Positions 30,620 to 42,107 of a stretch of 64,000 bases of DNA are shown in pieces (the first letter of the stretch is position 1; every line of letters begins with the position of its first letter). This stretch comes from an uncultured Verrucomicrobiae bacterium (GTDB lineage Bacteria; Verrucomicrobiota; Verrucomicrobiia; Chthoniobacterales; Chthoniobacteraceae): positions 1,728,001 to 1,792,000 of the forward strand of contig CAWIKF010000002.1 in assembly GCA_963836755.1 (NCBI GenBank). Direction: 5' to 3'. The notes beneath the pieces are model-generated. The model made no database searches, was not told the DNA's origin, and was given only the letters and a program-made list of their open reading frames with translations. The translations under genes were made by a program, and so were the position numbers.

Positions 30620-32071
30620 TTACTGGATGCTGAGCTCTTTGGTGATGCCGTAACGCTCCACGCGCTTCCGCAGTGTCGCCCGAGTGATGCCGAGCAACTT
30701 CGCGGCGCGGACCTGATTGCCGCGCGTCGTCTTCATCGCGTGCAGAGTGAATTCGCGCTCGAGCCACGGTAACAGTTCCACATTTGGATTAGCCTGCGCA
30801 GCACGCAACAGCACGGCGATCGCCGCATCGCTGCTTGACTCACCGCTCAGCGCACCGTCCGAATCCGTGGTTCCGCCCGCAGGTTCCGCAGACACATCGG
30901 AGTGGCCGAGCGGGATGTCTTTTGGGAGCAAAAGATCCGTGGTCGCGAGCACCGAGGCGCGCTGGATCGTGTTTTCGAGTTCACGCACATTTCCGGGCCA
31001 AAGGTAATTTTCGAGCACGCGGATGCCCTCCTCCGAAATTTTTACGCGCGGCAGATGTTTGCGCGTCGCGGTTTTCTGCAAAAAATATTCCGCGAGCAAG
31101 CGGATGTCCTCCACGCGCTGGCGGAGCGGTGGGAGCTGGATGCGGACGACATTCAGCCGGTAAAACAAATCTTCGCGGAACCGTTTCGCTGCGACTTCGG
31201 TTTCGAGATTTTTGTTTGTGGCAGCGATAATTCGCACATCCGACCGAAGCGATGCGTTGGCACCGATGCGCGAAAATTCACCCTCCTGCAAAACGCGCAA
31301 AATCTTGCCCTGAACAACCAACGGCATGTCGCCAATTTCGTCGAGGAAAAGCGTGCCGCCGTCGCTTTGCTCGAAGCGTCCGACGCGTTGCGCGATCGCG
31401 CCGGTGAAGGCACCTTTTTCATGACCAAAGAGCTCACTTTCGAGTAATTGATCAGGGATCGCAGCGCAATTAATAGCAACAAAGTTTTTACTGCTTCGCT
31501 GTGAATAATGATGGATGGCGCTGGCGACAAGCTCCTTGCCGGTTCCGCTTTCCCCCGTAATCATGACGGGGGCATCGGAATGTGAGACGCGTCCGATCAT
31601 TTTGAAAACCTGCTGCATCGCAAGCGATTTTCCGACGATGCTGTCCTTGTGTTCCTCGACAGTGAGCTGCGGTTTGAAGGTCGTCGCCGCCCGCATTTCC
31701 TCCTGCGCCTTGAGCGCGGCATCGACGACCAATTTCAGATTAAATGGCAGCGATTCCTTCCGCAAAAAATCGAACGCGCCGAGTTTCATCGACTCGATGA
31801 CGTGCTGCGTCGTCCCCCACGCGCTGATGAGAATGACCATCGCATTTGGATCGCGCTGGCGAGCCTTTACAAGAAGCTCCATCCCGCTGAAGGGCTGGAG
31901 ATGCGTCTCGGTAATGAGCAGGTCGGGATTTTCGCCCGTAAAAATCCGCAGGCCGGCTTCGGCATTGGTGGCCGTGAGGACGCGCGTGGAGGGCGTCTCG
32001 AGCTGATGCTGCGCCCATTCCAGAAAATCAGATTCGGGATCTACGATGAGGATGGTTTGGGTTTTATCCAC
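30620..32071 (-). CDS. Sigma54-dependent response regulator (NtrC/AtoC family)
   Basis: Receiver-like domain, GESGTGKE, GAFTGA, FREDLFYRL, WPGNVREL, Fis HTH. Confidence 0.95.
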   Translation of the reverse strand: MDKTQTILIVDPESDFLEWAQHQLETPSTRVLTATNAEAGLRIFTGENPDLLITETHLQPFSGMELLVKARQRDPNAMVILISAWGTTQHVIESMKLGAFDFLRKESLPFNLKLVVDAALKAQEEMRAATTFKPQLTVEEHKDSIVGKSLAMQQVFKMIGRVSHSDAPVMITGESGTGKELVASAIHHYSQRSSKNFVAINCAAIPDQLLESELFGHEKGAFTGAIAQRVGRFEQSDGGTLFLDEIGDMPLVVQGKILRVLQEGEFSRIGANASLRSDVRIIAATNKNLETEVAAKRFREDLFYRLNVVRIQLPPLRQRVEDIRLLAEYFLQKTATRKHLPRVKISEEGIRVLENYLWPGNVRELENTIQRASVLATTDLLLPKDIPLGHSDVSAEPAGGTTDSDGALSGESSSDAAIAVLLRAAQANPNVELLPWLEREFTLHAMKTTRGNQVRAAKLLGITRATLRKRVERYGITKELSIQ

Positions 32072-32158
32072 TTTTGGTCTGCAAAAAACGGAGGAGAGTA
32101 AACGTGAAGGCCGCGCGCGGAAACTTATTTTTCAAACGCACTTAGCGGTTTTGCAAAG

Positions 32159-32866
32159 CTACAAGCCGCCGTAACGACGCTGGCGATTTGTGTATTCTTT
32201 GATCGCCTCGACGAGTTCAGAGCCGCGGAATTCCGGCCAAAGTTTTTTGGTGACGTGGATCTCCGTGTAGCTGAGCTGCCAGAGCAGGAAATTTGAAAGC
32301 CGCATCTCGCCCGACGTGCGGATGAGCAGATCCGGGTCCGGATAATAACGGGTGTATAAATGCTTGCTAAACACGGTTGCGTCGATCATTGCCGGATCAA
32401 GATGACCGGCGCGGACATCGTGCAGCAAGCTTTTGATCCCATCGACGATCTCGCTGCGCCCGCTGTAGCTGAGCGCTAGGATTAGCGTCACACCGGTGTT
32501 GCCAGCCGTCGCTTCGATCGTGCGGTGCAATTCGCGCTGGCACGAATCCGGCAGATCGGTGATGCGGCCGATCGCCTGGAGGCGGACATTTTTTCGCATC
32601 AGCTCCGGCACTTCTTTTTTCAAAAAACGTTCCAGCAGCTTCATCAGCGCGGCGACCTCCGCCTTCGGGCGTTTCCAATTCTCCGTGGAAAAAGCGTAAA
32701 CGGTCAGGAACTCCACGCCCTGCTCGCCGCACGCCGTCAGCACCGCGCGCAAAGATTCCGCACCCTCCTCGTGCCCGCGGATCCGCGCCAATCCTCGCTC
32801 GCGGGCCCACCGACCGTTCCCATCCATGATGATCGCGATATGCCGCGGGGTTTTTCCGACGCTCAT
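32159..32866 (-). CDS. uppS: Undecaprenyl diphosphate synthase
   Basis: HIAIIMDGNGRWA, FSTENW, IRTSGEMRLSNFLLWQ. Confidence 0.97.
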   Translation of the reverse strand: MSVGKTPRHIAIIMDGNGRWARERGLARIRGHEEGAESLRAVLTACGEQGVEFLTVYAFSTENWKRPKAEVAALMKLLERFLKKEVPELMRKNVRLQAIGRITDLPDSCQRELHRTIEATAGNTGVTLILALSYSGRSEIVDGIKSLLHDVRAGHLDPAMIDATVFSKHLYTRYYPDPDLLIRTSGEMRLSNFLLWQLSYTEIHVTKKLWPEFRGSELVEAIKEYTNRQRRYGGL

Positions 32867-32947
32867 TTTCCTGCGGCTCGAAGCGAAAATAGATGAATGC
32901 CGCGCTTATTTTTTGCCATCTTCCTGTCGAAAAGTTTCATCGGCTTT

Positions 32948-34330
<1,383 letters not shown>

Positions 34331-34339
34331 TTATTCTTG

Positions 34340-36868
34340 TTAAAAAAGCGAAAGCTGTGGCCTTCCGGTTGCGGCGCCAGTGGCTTGCTTGCGGCGCTTG
34401 CGTTTCATGCCGGGCGGCGGCGTTTCCGCGAGCGCCGGGCGGCCATCGGCGTTCAATTCCGACTGCTCGAGATTGCCGAGAATTTCCTTTGCGCGCGCAA
34501 TCACCTCCGGCGGCAAACCAGCGAGGCGCGCGACCTGGATGCCGTAACTTTTATCCGCGCCGCCGCGCACGATTTTGCGCAGAAAGATGATCTGGTCATT
34601 CCATTCGCGCACCGCGACGTTGAAATTTTTCACGCCGGTGCGCGTCATTTCCAGCTCGGTCAGCTCATGATAATGCGTCGCGAAAAGCGTGCGCGCCCGC
34701 ACTTTGTCGTGTAAAAATTCTGCGACGCTCCACGCGATCGAAAGCCCGTCAAAGGTCGAGGTGCCGCGTCCGATTTCATCGAGAATGATCAGGCTGCGCT
34801 CCGTCGCGTTGTTGGTGATATTCGCGGTTTCATTCATCTCGACCATGAATGTGGACTGGCCGCGCGACAGGTCGTCGTTGGCGCCGACCCTTGTAAATAT
34901 GCGGTCTGCGAGCCCGATCTCCGCGCGCGCGGCGGGGATGAAACTGCCGACTTGCGCCATTAAAACGAGCAGCGCGACCTGACGGATGAAGGTGCTTTTT
35001 CCTGCCATGTTCGGGCCGGTGATGATGAGCTGGCGATTGGCGGAGCCGTCGAGTTCGACATCGTTTGGGACAAACTTTTCCTCGACCAAACTTTGATCGA
35101 GCACGGGATGACGTCCGTCGCGAATGCTGATGTGAAGCTCATCCGAGAGCAGCGGGCGGCAGTAATTGAAAAGGCGCGCGACCTCCGCGAGCGAGCAAAT
35201 CACGTCGAGCGTCGCGATGGCTGCAGCGGTGGCCTGCAGCTCCGCGAGCGGGCGCAGCACCTCTTCGCGCAACTGCCCGAAGAGTTCGTATTCGAGTCTG
35301 CGCGAGCGCTCGTCGGCGCCAAGGATTTTGCCCTCCATTTCCTTCAGCTCCGGCGTGATGAAGCGCTCGCCGTTGACCGTGGTCTGCTTGCGCACGTAAT
35401 GCGCGGGCACTCCGCCGAGATTCGACTTTGTGATCTCGATGAAATAGCCAAAAACGCTGGTGTAACGGACTTTTAACGACTTGATTCCGGTCGTTTCGCT
35501 TTCGCGCTGCTGCAGTTTTGCGATCCAATCCTTTCCCTCGCGTGTGGCGGCGCGCAGTTCATCGAGCGGCGCGTGCCAGCCGTCGCGAAAGATGCCGCCA
35601 TCCTTGATCGCGATCGGTGGCTCGTCGCAAAGCGCGGAATCGAGCATCGAGATCAGATCGGGAAATTCGCTTAGCTCGCGATCAATTTCCGTTTTCAAAT
35701 GCGACGCCGCCGCGCTGGAAGTTGTCGTAAAATCTCCCGCGGCCAGCGCGCGGAGATGCGCTTTCAGCTCCGGGATTTGTGCTAGCGAATCGCGCAGCGC
35801 CATCAAGTCGCGCGCGTTGCCGCCTGCCTGGCTGAGACGCCCGACCGCGCGCTCGATATCGCGGATGGACTTCAGCGTCTCGCGCAATTTCCCCAAAGTA
35901 AATGGCTCTGCGAGCAGCTCCGCGATCAACTGCTGGCGGCGTTCCAGCGGCTCGCGCTCGCGCAGTGGGTGCAAAATCCAGTCGCGCAATTTCCGCCCAC
36001 CCATCGGCGTGATCGTCCGATCGAGCGCGGCGAGCAGGCTCGTGTTTTTCGCCGGCGAGCGCGACTCGACCAGCTCGAGATTTGCCTGCGTCGCCGCATC
36101 CACGATCATGAACCCGGCGCGGTGATAGCAGGCGAGCCGCGCGACGTGCGCAATCTGCCGGTGTAATACGTTTTTTAAATAATGAATGATCGCGCCCGCG
36201 GCGCCGATCGCCGCATGCATCTCGCCGCAGCCGAAGCCATCGAGCGACTGCACCTTGAAATGATCGCGCAGCGTGAAAAACGCCTGGTCGAGCGCGAACG
36301 TGTAGCCATCGCATTCCGTCGTGTTTGGAAAATCGAACGACGCTTTTTGCTCGTCGCTCACCAGCAGCTCGGCGGGACAAACGGCCGCGAGCTCGTCGCG
36401 CAACGAGGCTTCGCCCACGACCTCTGTCAGCCGAAATTCGCCGGTGCTCAGATCAACGAATGCAAAGCCGAAGACGCCGTTCTTTTCAAAGATCGCGCCG
36501 AGAAAATTGTTGCGCCGCGCGTCGAGCAGATTCGTGTCGCCGGTCGTGCCGGGGCTGATGACCTGCGTGACCTGGCGCTGCACGATTTTTCCCGGCTCCG
36601 CCTCGCCTACTTGGTCGCAGATCGCCACACGACGGCCGGCTTTGATAAGCTTCGCGATGTAATTTCCCGCCGCGTGATACGGCACACCGCACATCGGTGT
36701 GCCGTTACGCTTCGTTAACGCAACGTTCAGCAAACTCGACGCTTGTTTCGCGTCTTCGAAAAACATTTCGTAAAAATCTCCGAGCCGAAAAAGGAGCAGC
36801 GTCTCCGCCGGCAGCGTCCGACGGATGCCTTGATACTGCCGCATCATCGGGGTGAGGGAATCGGCCAT
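34340..36868 (-). CDS. mutS: DNA mismatch repair protein MutS
   Basis: TPMMRQY, GDFYEMF, TGPNMAGKST, STFMVEM, DEIGRGT, FATHYHEL. Confidence 0.98.
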   Translation of the reverse strand: MADSLTPMMRQYQGIRRTLPAETLLLFRLGDFYEMFFEDAKQASSLLNVALTKRNGTPMCGVPYHAAGNYIAKLIKAGRRVAICDQVGEAEPGKIVQRQVTQVISPGTTGDTNLLDARRNNFLGAIFEKNGVFGFAFVDLSTGEFRLTEVVGEASLRDELAAVCPAELLVSDEQKASFDFPNTTECDGYTFALDQAFFTLRDHFKVQSLDGFGCGEMHAAIGAAGAIIHYLKNVLHRQIAHVARLACYHRAGFMIVDAATQANLELVESRSPAKNTSLLAALDRTITPMGGRKLRDWILHPLREREPLERRQQLIAELLAEPFTLGKLRETLKSIRDIERAVGRLSQAGGNARDLMALRDSLAQIPELKAHLRALAAGDFTTTSSAAASHLKTEIDRELSEFPDLISMLDSALCDEPPIAIKDGGIFRDGWHAPLDELRAATREGKDWIAKLQQRESETTGIKSLKVRYTSVFGYFIEITKSNLGGVPAHYVRKQTTVNGERFITPELKEMEGKILGADERSRRLEYELFGQLREEVLRPLAELQATAAAIATLDVICSLAEVARLFNYCRPLLSDELHISIRDGRHPVLDQSLVEEKFVPNDVELDGSANRQLIITGPNMAGKSTFIRQVALLVLMAQVGSFIPAARAEIGLADRIFTRVGANDDLSRGQSTFMVEMNETANITNNATERSLIILDEIGRGTSTFDGLSIAWSVAEFLHDKVRARTLFATHYHELTELEMTRTGVKNFNVAVREWNDQIIFLRKIVRGGADKSYGIQVARLAGLPPEVIARAKEILGNLEQSELNADGRPALAETPPPGMKRKRRKQATGAATGRPQLSLF

Positions 36869-36923
36869 CGCGGGCGACTTTAGGCCGCGCCCCGCGCGCG
36901 GGCAAGAGCGGCGCGGAGGGCAT

Positions 36924-38156
36924 TCATTCCACGATCCGCGCCGTGTCGCGCTCGAGATCGCGCGCGCCCCAGAGCCAGAGCAGACCCGCGAGCAGCATCA
37001 CCAGCGACACGGCGAAAAAGCTCCAGTTCCACGTGCCGTGATCCTTGATCCAGCCGATGAGCCACGGCGAAAGCGCGTCGCCGAAAAGATGAATCACCAA
37101 TATGTTCAGCGCGAAAGCCGTCGCGCGCATCGCCGGTGGCGTCACATTTGCCAGCGCGGTATTCGACGGTCCGATGTTCAGGAAAAGAAAAAACATCGCG
37201 AAGAAAATCGCGACCCACGCGAGCGGGAAGGGGATGAAAAGCATCGCGATCGTGCACGGAAACCCGAGCAGCATCCCGCAGCCCGACACGAGAAAATACG
37301 AGCCCGGAAACCGCCCTCGCAGCCGGTCTCCCAGCCAGCCGCCGAGCAGAGTCGAGATCAACCCCGCGACCACCAGGATACCGCCGAAGACGATGTCCGC
37401 CCTCGCCAGCGGCACCCCGCGTTCCTCATGGATGTAAGTCGGAGCCCAGACCGACAGGCCGCCAATCGCGAAAGTCATCGCCGTCTGCGCGAGGATGTTC
37501 ATCACCAGCGACGGAATTTTAAACAACTGCTGATAATCTGCGAGCCGCGGCTTCGTCCGCACCGCCCCCGCATGACGGCGCGGCTCCGGCATCAGCCCGC
37601 AAAGTCCCGCCAGCACGAGTCCAGGCGGCACCACCGCGAAAAAGGCCCAGCGCCAGCCGAAGTGCGCATTCATCAAGCCGCCAAACGCATAGCCGAGCGC
37701 GCTCCCGACCGGGATCGCCATGAAAAACCAAGCCAGCACGCGCCCCCGTTCTTCCACAGGGAAAAAATCGCTGATAATCGTCGGCGCCGCCGGCCCGTAA
37801 CCCGCCTCGCCGATGCCGAGGAAAACCCGCGTCCCGAGCAGCATCGCAAACGACGCCGCCAGCCCCGACGCCCCGCACCCGAGACTCCAAAGCGCCACGC
37901 TGAGCCCGATGATCAGCCAGCGCGAATACCGATCCGCCAGCCAGCCGAAAAGCGGCGCCGTCAGCATGTAACTCACCAAAAACGCCGTCGTCAGCAGCCC
38001 CGCCTTGCTATTCGCATTCGGATCGCCCGCGAGGAACTCCGCCTTCAACGCCGGCACCACGGACGCGAGAATGTAGCGATCGAGATAACAAAAAAGATTG
38101 ATGACGAGCAGCAGCGCCACCGCGCGCCGCGCATCGCGTCGGTGAGCCATCGGCAT
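36924..38156 (-). CDS. MFS transporter, spinster-like
   Basis: NLFCYLDR, GWLADRYSR, GIGEA, HLFGDA. Confidence 0.9.
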   Translation of the reverse strand: MPMAHRRDARRAVALLLVINLFCYLDRYILASVVPALKAEFLAGDPNANSKAGLLTTAFLVSYMLTAPLFGWLADRYSRWLIIGLSVALWSLGCGASGLAASFAMLLGTRVFLGIGEAGYGPAAPTIISDFFPVEERGRVLAWFFMAIPVGSALGYAFGGLMNAHFGWRWAFFAVVPPGLVLAGLCGLMPEPRRHAGAVRTKPRLADYQQLFKIPSLVMNILAQTAMTFAIGGLSVWAPTYIHEERGVPLARADIVFGGILVVAGLISTLLGGWLGDRLRGRFPGSYFLVSGCGMLLGFPCTIAMLFIPFPLAWVAIFFAMFFLFLNIGPSNTALANVTPPAMRATAFALNILVIHLFGDALSPWLIGWIKDHGTWNWSFFAVSLVMLLAGLLWLWGARDLERDTARIVE

Positions 38157-38248
38157 GTCTGTTTAAAGCCGCGCCCTGAGCCGCGGACAAACCAATTCGC
38201 GCACTCCTAGTAAATGAGAAGCCGGCACGCACAAAACTTTCGCACCCC

Positions 38249-38303
38249 GCTCAACGGCACTACCGCGGATCAGTATAAGCGCCTGCGTTGGTTCTCATTA
38301 AAG
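38249..38303 (-). repeat. Possible eroded attC at the distal end of the array
   Basis: Minus strand CTTTAAT...CTGATC...GTTGAGC; inner arms poorly paired. Confidence 0.3.
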
Positions 38304-38520
38304 CAACGCACTCCGTCCTCGCTCGTAGCCGCCATGGTTCTCCACAAACTCGTGAAAATCGTTTTCCGCGCGGCGCTTGGATTCCGAGAGAGATGAAATG
38401 CCACGGTCTGACTCGCCGAGCGGCGCGTAGAAGAAGAACCGAAAGGAAAGTCGATGCTTCGAGAATAGGTAAAGTCCGCCAAACTCGCGGTCGGAATAGA
38501 CGCGCTACGAAATCCAAACG

Positions 38521-38582
38521 AAACGATGAGAACAAGATCAACTAAAGGACCAAGCCTTCTTAGCTCCAGCGCATGGCTAAGC
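38521..38582 (-). repeat. attC-like site (R' box lost)
   Basis: gagaacaagatcaact...ttagctccagcgcatggctaagc; the arsC stop lies in the R'' box. Confidence 0.75.
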
Positions 38583-39017
38583 CCTTTGCCCGCTGGGACA
38601 CTGCGTGTCGCACCAATGCTGAACCTGCTGCTGAATCGTGTCGCGAATCTCGCGGACACGCTGCAGGCGCGCCTCGCGCGTGCCTGTGAGAGCCGATGGG
38701 TCGGGGAAGCCCCAGTGAAGCCGCTGCCCGCCGCCGGGAAAAATCGGACACCGCTCCGCACTCGCGCCATCACAAACCGTGATTACGTGCGAAAAGGCGC
38801 GCCCGCTTTGCAGCATCTCGTCCACGCTCTTCGTGCGATGGCCCGAGATGTCGATGCCCACCTCCTGCATCGCCTCGACCACCAGCGGATTGAGCGTGCC
38901 CGGCTCCAATCCCGCGCTGTGCGCCTCAAAAAACTCCGGGCAAAGCCGATTGAGAAACGCCTCGGCCATCTGGCTGCGCGCGCTGTTGTGGATGCAAACG
39001 AACAAGACTTTCTTCAT
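38577..39017 (-). CDS. arsC: Arsenate reductase, LMW-PTP family
   Basis: [35 protein letters not shown]. Confidence 0.92.
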   Translation of the reverse strand: MKKVLFVCIHNSARSQMAEAFLNRLCPEFFEAHSAGLEPGTLNPLVVEAMQEVGIDISGHRTKSVDEMLQSGRAFSHVITVCDGASAERCPIFPGGGQRLHWGFPDPSALTGTREARLQRVREIRDTIQQQVQHWCDTQCPSGQRA

Positions 39018-39052
39018 GGTGTTGTCGCGGGTAAACGCGCCAGAGATGTGTA

Positions 39053-39451
39053 TCAAAGTTGGCCGCGCTTGTCACGGGACACGGCATCGAAAAGCAGCTT
39101 ACCCTCTCCTTCGATCACCGCGCGATGCGCTGGATAAAGCGCGATGTCCTTGATCTTCGTCCTGCTGAGCGTTCTCACCTTGATGTGACTCCCATCCGTC
39201 AGCGCGAAGATACGGAGTGGAGATGCGCTGCCTATGTCAAAATCGGGCTCGCCCAGGATTCGTAGCACACCTTCATACGCGTCGGCAGAGGTGAAAGCCT
39301 GTAGCAGCGGGACGACAACACAAGCGTCGCGACTCGGGGGCTTCGACGGCGGCTGAGCTGCAGACGCACCTACAGCAAAGGCGAAAAGAAGAACCAGATA
39401 AGTGCGCTTCCAACCATGAGCGCCAAGAGGCTTTCGGACATCGCCAGTCAT
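39053..39451 (-). CDS. Hypothetical secreted protein
   Basis: Signal-like [28 protein letters not shown]; start uncertain. Confidence 0.6.
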   Translation of the reverse strand: MTGDVRKPLGAHGWKRTYLVLLFAFAVGASAAQPPSKPPSRDACVVVPLLQAFTSADAYEGVLRILGEPDFDIGSASPLRIFALTDGSHIKVRTLSRTKIKDIALYPAHRAVIEGEGKLLFDAVSRDKRGQL

Positions 39452-39867
39452 AGCAGTTTCTTAAAATAGGTCGCTGACTCGACATACCCAATGCTCTGGT
39501 AAAAAGGTGCGGCGCGGCGTGTCGCCAAAGCGATCATCTTCGACTGACGGCTTCTCGCCCACTGCTCGAAACTCTCCATCAACTGCCGGCCAACCCCGCG
39601 TCGGCGGACGTCCTCGCAAACCATGATCTCAGCAACCCACGCAACCCGGCCGTTCGCATAAAACGTGTGCTGGTCAAACCCCAAAAGATAACCAACGACT
39701 CGGCTGGTATCCGAAGCAACCGCGATGCGAGCCTCTGGTGACTGAAGCAACGCATCAAAAAATGACTCGAACGCAGGCCGCGCGACCGAGAACGACGTGG
39801 CGAACAAGCTCGCCAAAGAGAATAACGCGTCGCTATCGGTCGACCGTGCTGGACGAATGCTGAACAT
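39448..39867 (-). CDS. GNAT family acetyltransferase
   Basis: IRPA start, VCEDVRRRGVGRQL acetyl-CoA motif, AAPFYQSIGY. Confidence 0.9.
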   Translation of the reverse strand: MFSIRPARSTDSDALFSLASLFATSFSVARPAFESFFDALLQSPEARIAVASDTSRVVGYLLGFDQHTFYANGRVAWVAEIMVCEDVRRRGVGRQLMESFEQWARSRQSKMIALATRRAAPFYQSIGYVESATYFKKLL

Positions 39868-39901
39868 CGTCAGTGGCTGCAGCCGTCCGTGTGCATTCGT
39901 T

Positions 39902-40729
39902 TCATTTCTCTTGAGGCTTTTTGATCCCGGCCTTGTCGAAGTCCTGTTCGAGAAATTCGAGCACTTCCGAGCTGAAACCAGATTGCTTCACCGCAGCCGA
40001 CGGCAAAATCGCAATCAAGCCATTGGCAGTTTCTTCGTTATACTCATCCCTCTTCGTTTCCCATTGATCTGCGAGCGTCGGGTCGCTCGGTTTGTTGCCG
40101 TCGTTCAGACCGAGTTGATTCATCGCCGTCGCGCGTTGAGTCATGAGCGACTCCACTTGTGTCGCCTGCGCATCCGTCAGACCGCCCGCCTCCTGAAGCA
40201 TACTGCGAAAGAAGCGTCCATATTCAGCCGGGCTATCTTGGAATCCCGTGATCTCAGGGAGCATTCCCTCCACGGTCGCATGGTTTCTCTGGAGTTCCAT
40301 CAGACGGTGCCTTTCATCCGCCGTGAGCGTCCCTGCTTCACGGCTGGAGAGCTCCTGAAGCTCGCCGAGCTCTCGAAGGATCGCACCTGTCCGCTTGCCG
40401 ATGTCCTCCACCTTCCCAAATGAAACAATGACTTCACCCGCATGTTGACCGAGTTGCGCGCGGAGGGCTGCATTGTCTTCCTCCACCTTTTGCCGCATGC
40501 GTTGTTCCGCCGCGATGCGTCGTTTGAGAACTTCATCGGCGGAAGAATCTGACTGCGTGGGTTGGGGAGCAGGAGCTGGTTCCGACTTTGACGCCACCTG
40601 TGGCACTGGTCCGGCCGGTTCCGAAGCCGCGCGTGGGCTTCGCTCTTTAATAGACCACCAGAATGCAGAGATGCCGATGATGCAAACCAGAATCCCGGTG
40701 ATGGCTAGCGTAATCGTTCTTCCGTTCAT
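39902..40729 (-). CDS. Hypothetical membrane-anchored helical protein
   Basis: N-terminal TM, Pro-rich linker and coiled-coil; 275 aa. Confidence 0.75.
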   Translation of the reverse strand: MNGRTITLAITGILVCIIGISAFWWSIKERSPRAASEPAGPVPQVASKSEPAPAPQPTQSDSSADEVLKRRIAAEQRMRQKVEEDNAALRAQLGQHAGEVIVSFGKVEDIGKRTGAILRELGELQELSSREAGTLTADERHRLMELQRNHATVEGMLPEITGFQDSPAEYGRFFRSMLQEAGGLTDAQATQVESLMTQRATAMNQLGLNDGNKPSDPTLADQWETKRDEYNEETANGLIAILPSAAVKQSGFSSEVLEFLEQDFDKAGIKKPQEK

Positions 40730-40778
40730 AAAACTTGTGGAGAAATCATTCTGATTTGTGGCACAGGCGTGTAGCAAC

Positions 40779-40838
40779 GCTTAACGAAAACAAGCCAAGC
40801 TACAGGCGGAGCCTTTCAACTGCGCCGCATCATTAAGC
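40779..40838 (-). repeat. attC-like site
   Basis: gcttaac gaaaacaagccaagctacaggcggagcc...gcatc attaagc; 60 bp; stop TAA in R''. Confidence 0.8.
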
Positions 40839-41300
40839 GCCATTGGTGCGAATCAAAATCGTCTGAGCTTCGGTATAGGCAAGTATTCGCTGAAAGAAGC
40901 GTCCATCGCGGAAGTGAAAGTGGACTGTATAACCCTTCTCTCCATCGCAGCCGGTCATGGAAAAAACAATGTCCTTGCCGTTGATTGACACTCTCGCGGG
41001 GCGATCGACGTAGAGCCATAGAAGATCCTCGACGAAAGCTTCTGGGACTCGATAGGTAACGCCTCCGCACGAGAAGCTCAGGTTGCGGGTGTGAAGATTA
41101 GTGGGGCCGCTGTAACCATACCAATGGAGGACCAGTCTCTCGGTCTGCAAAGTCGCTTGCTCAGCGCGCACCGTCACCGGCTGCGGGAAATAGTAATCCT
41201 GTCGTTTGGTGGTGTGTGATACCGAGTGCCAGGGAGAGGCAGCATCCAAAGGCTGCGCGAACAAGACTAGTGCGACCAGTGTGCCGATCAAGATGCGCAT
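40833..41300 (-). CDS. Hypothetical secreted cassette protein
   Basis: ATG 41300 just after an attC; signal peptide MRILIGTLVALVLFAQPLDA. Confidence 0.75.
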   Translation of the reverse strand: MRILIGTLVALVLFAQPLDAASPWHSVSHTTKRQDYYFPQPVTVRAEQATLQTERLVLHWYGYSGPTNLHTRNLSFSCGGVTYRVPEAFVEDLLWLYVDRPARVSINGKDIVFSMTGCDGEKGYTVHFHFRDGRFFQRILAYTEAQTILIRTNGA

Positions 41301-41314
41301 AGCAATGGAATGAC

Positions 41315-41373
41315 GCCTCACAAGAACAGGATCAGCTACAGGCGAGTCTCTTAGTTGCATGGGATCGCTAAGC
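41315..41373 (-). repeat. attC-like site
   Basis: gcctcac aagaacaggatcagctacaggcg...ttagttgcat...gctaagc. Confidence 0.8.
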
Positions 41374-41374
41374 C

Positions 41375-41482
41375 TCATGGCTCGATGTTGGTGACCTCGA
41401 CTTCCATTCCACCGAGCGGCTTGGCCAAAAGATTGTAGACCGCAGCAAAGATCACGAAGAAGATGAAACCGAAGATCCCCAT
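41375..41482 (-). CDS. 35-aa hydrophobic mini-cassette ORF (MGIFGFIFFVIFAAVYNLLAKPLGGMEVEVTNIEP), possibly a truncated gene
   Basis: Only ORF between two attC sites 135 bp apart; stop adjacent to R''. Confidence 0.5.
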   Translation of the reverse strand: MGIFGFIFFVIFAAVYNLLAKPLGGMEVEVTNIEP

Positions 41483-41508
41483 GACTACATCGAGAATGCG
41501 CCAAAGTC

Positions 41509-41567
41509 TCCTAACAAAAACAAGCCGAGCTACAGCCGGAGTCTCTTAGCTGCATCGCTTGCTAGGC
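41509..41567 (-). repeat. attC-like site
   Basis: tcctaac aaaaacaagccgagctacagccgg...ttagctgcatcgctt gctaggc; stop TAG in R''. Confidence 0.85.
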
Positions 41568-42020
41568 CGCATCGCGGATGTTCGCTGCAGCGCCCTCGTC
41601 CGGCACCGTGTTCAACTGGACGATAGCAATCGCAGCCAGCAACAAATTGGCGGCAGGACAAATCGCAATCCACGACAGATGATGCTCCCATATCCAGTGA
41701 CTGCCTTCGATCAGAAAGGAAATCATCCCGAGCACACACAAGGTCATGGTTGCAACGCTCACCGCGGTGGCAATCCGCTTACCCGCGATCAAGCAGCCCG
41801 CGACACCCGCCGCGAACGCCGCAAGATAAGCCAGCACCGTCAGAAAGGAGAAGTCACTTTCAAACTGATAGCCCCAACCGTTCTGAAACGAACACTCGAA
41901 GTAATCCCAACTCCACGCCCACTTCCCCCAAATCCAGCTCACGACACCAAATCTCGTCGAGGCTAGCAAGAGGAGACCTAGGTAAAGCCAAAGCATCAAG
42001 ACAGCGTGCTTTGTTCTCAT
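41562..42020 (-). CDS. Hypothetical multi-TM cassette protein
   Basis: ATG 11 bp after an attC; about 4 hydrophobic segments. Confidence 0.75.
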   Translation of the reverse strand: MRTKHAVLMLWLYLGLLLLASTRFGVVSWIWGKWAWSWDYFECSFQNGWGYQFESDFSFLTVLAYLAAFAAGVAGCLIAGKRIATAVSVATMTLCVLGMISFLIEGSHWIWEHHLSWIAICPAANLLLAAIAIVQLNTVPDEGAAANIRDAA

Positions 42021-42031
42021 AAAAGCTAAAC

Positions 42032-42091
42032 GCCTAGCGAGAACAAGATCAGCTACGAGCCAAGCCTGTTGGCTCCAGCGCATGGTTAGGC
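42032..42091 (-). repeat. attC-like site
   Basis: gcctagc gagaacaagatcagctac...ttggctccagcgcatg gttaggc; 60 bp. Confidence 0.9.
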
Positions 42092-42107
42092 GTTGCGATC
42101 GAGTTCG

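Noticed and set aside
36852..38210. 452-aa plus-strand ORF and similar long antisense ORFs (11778, 13222, 61624)
   Set aside because: Shadow frames of well-supported opposite-strand genes in high-GC DNA; no motifs.
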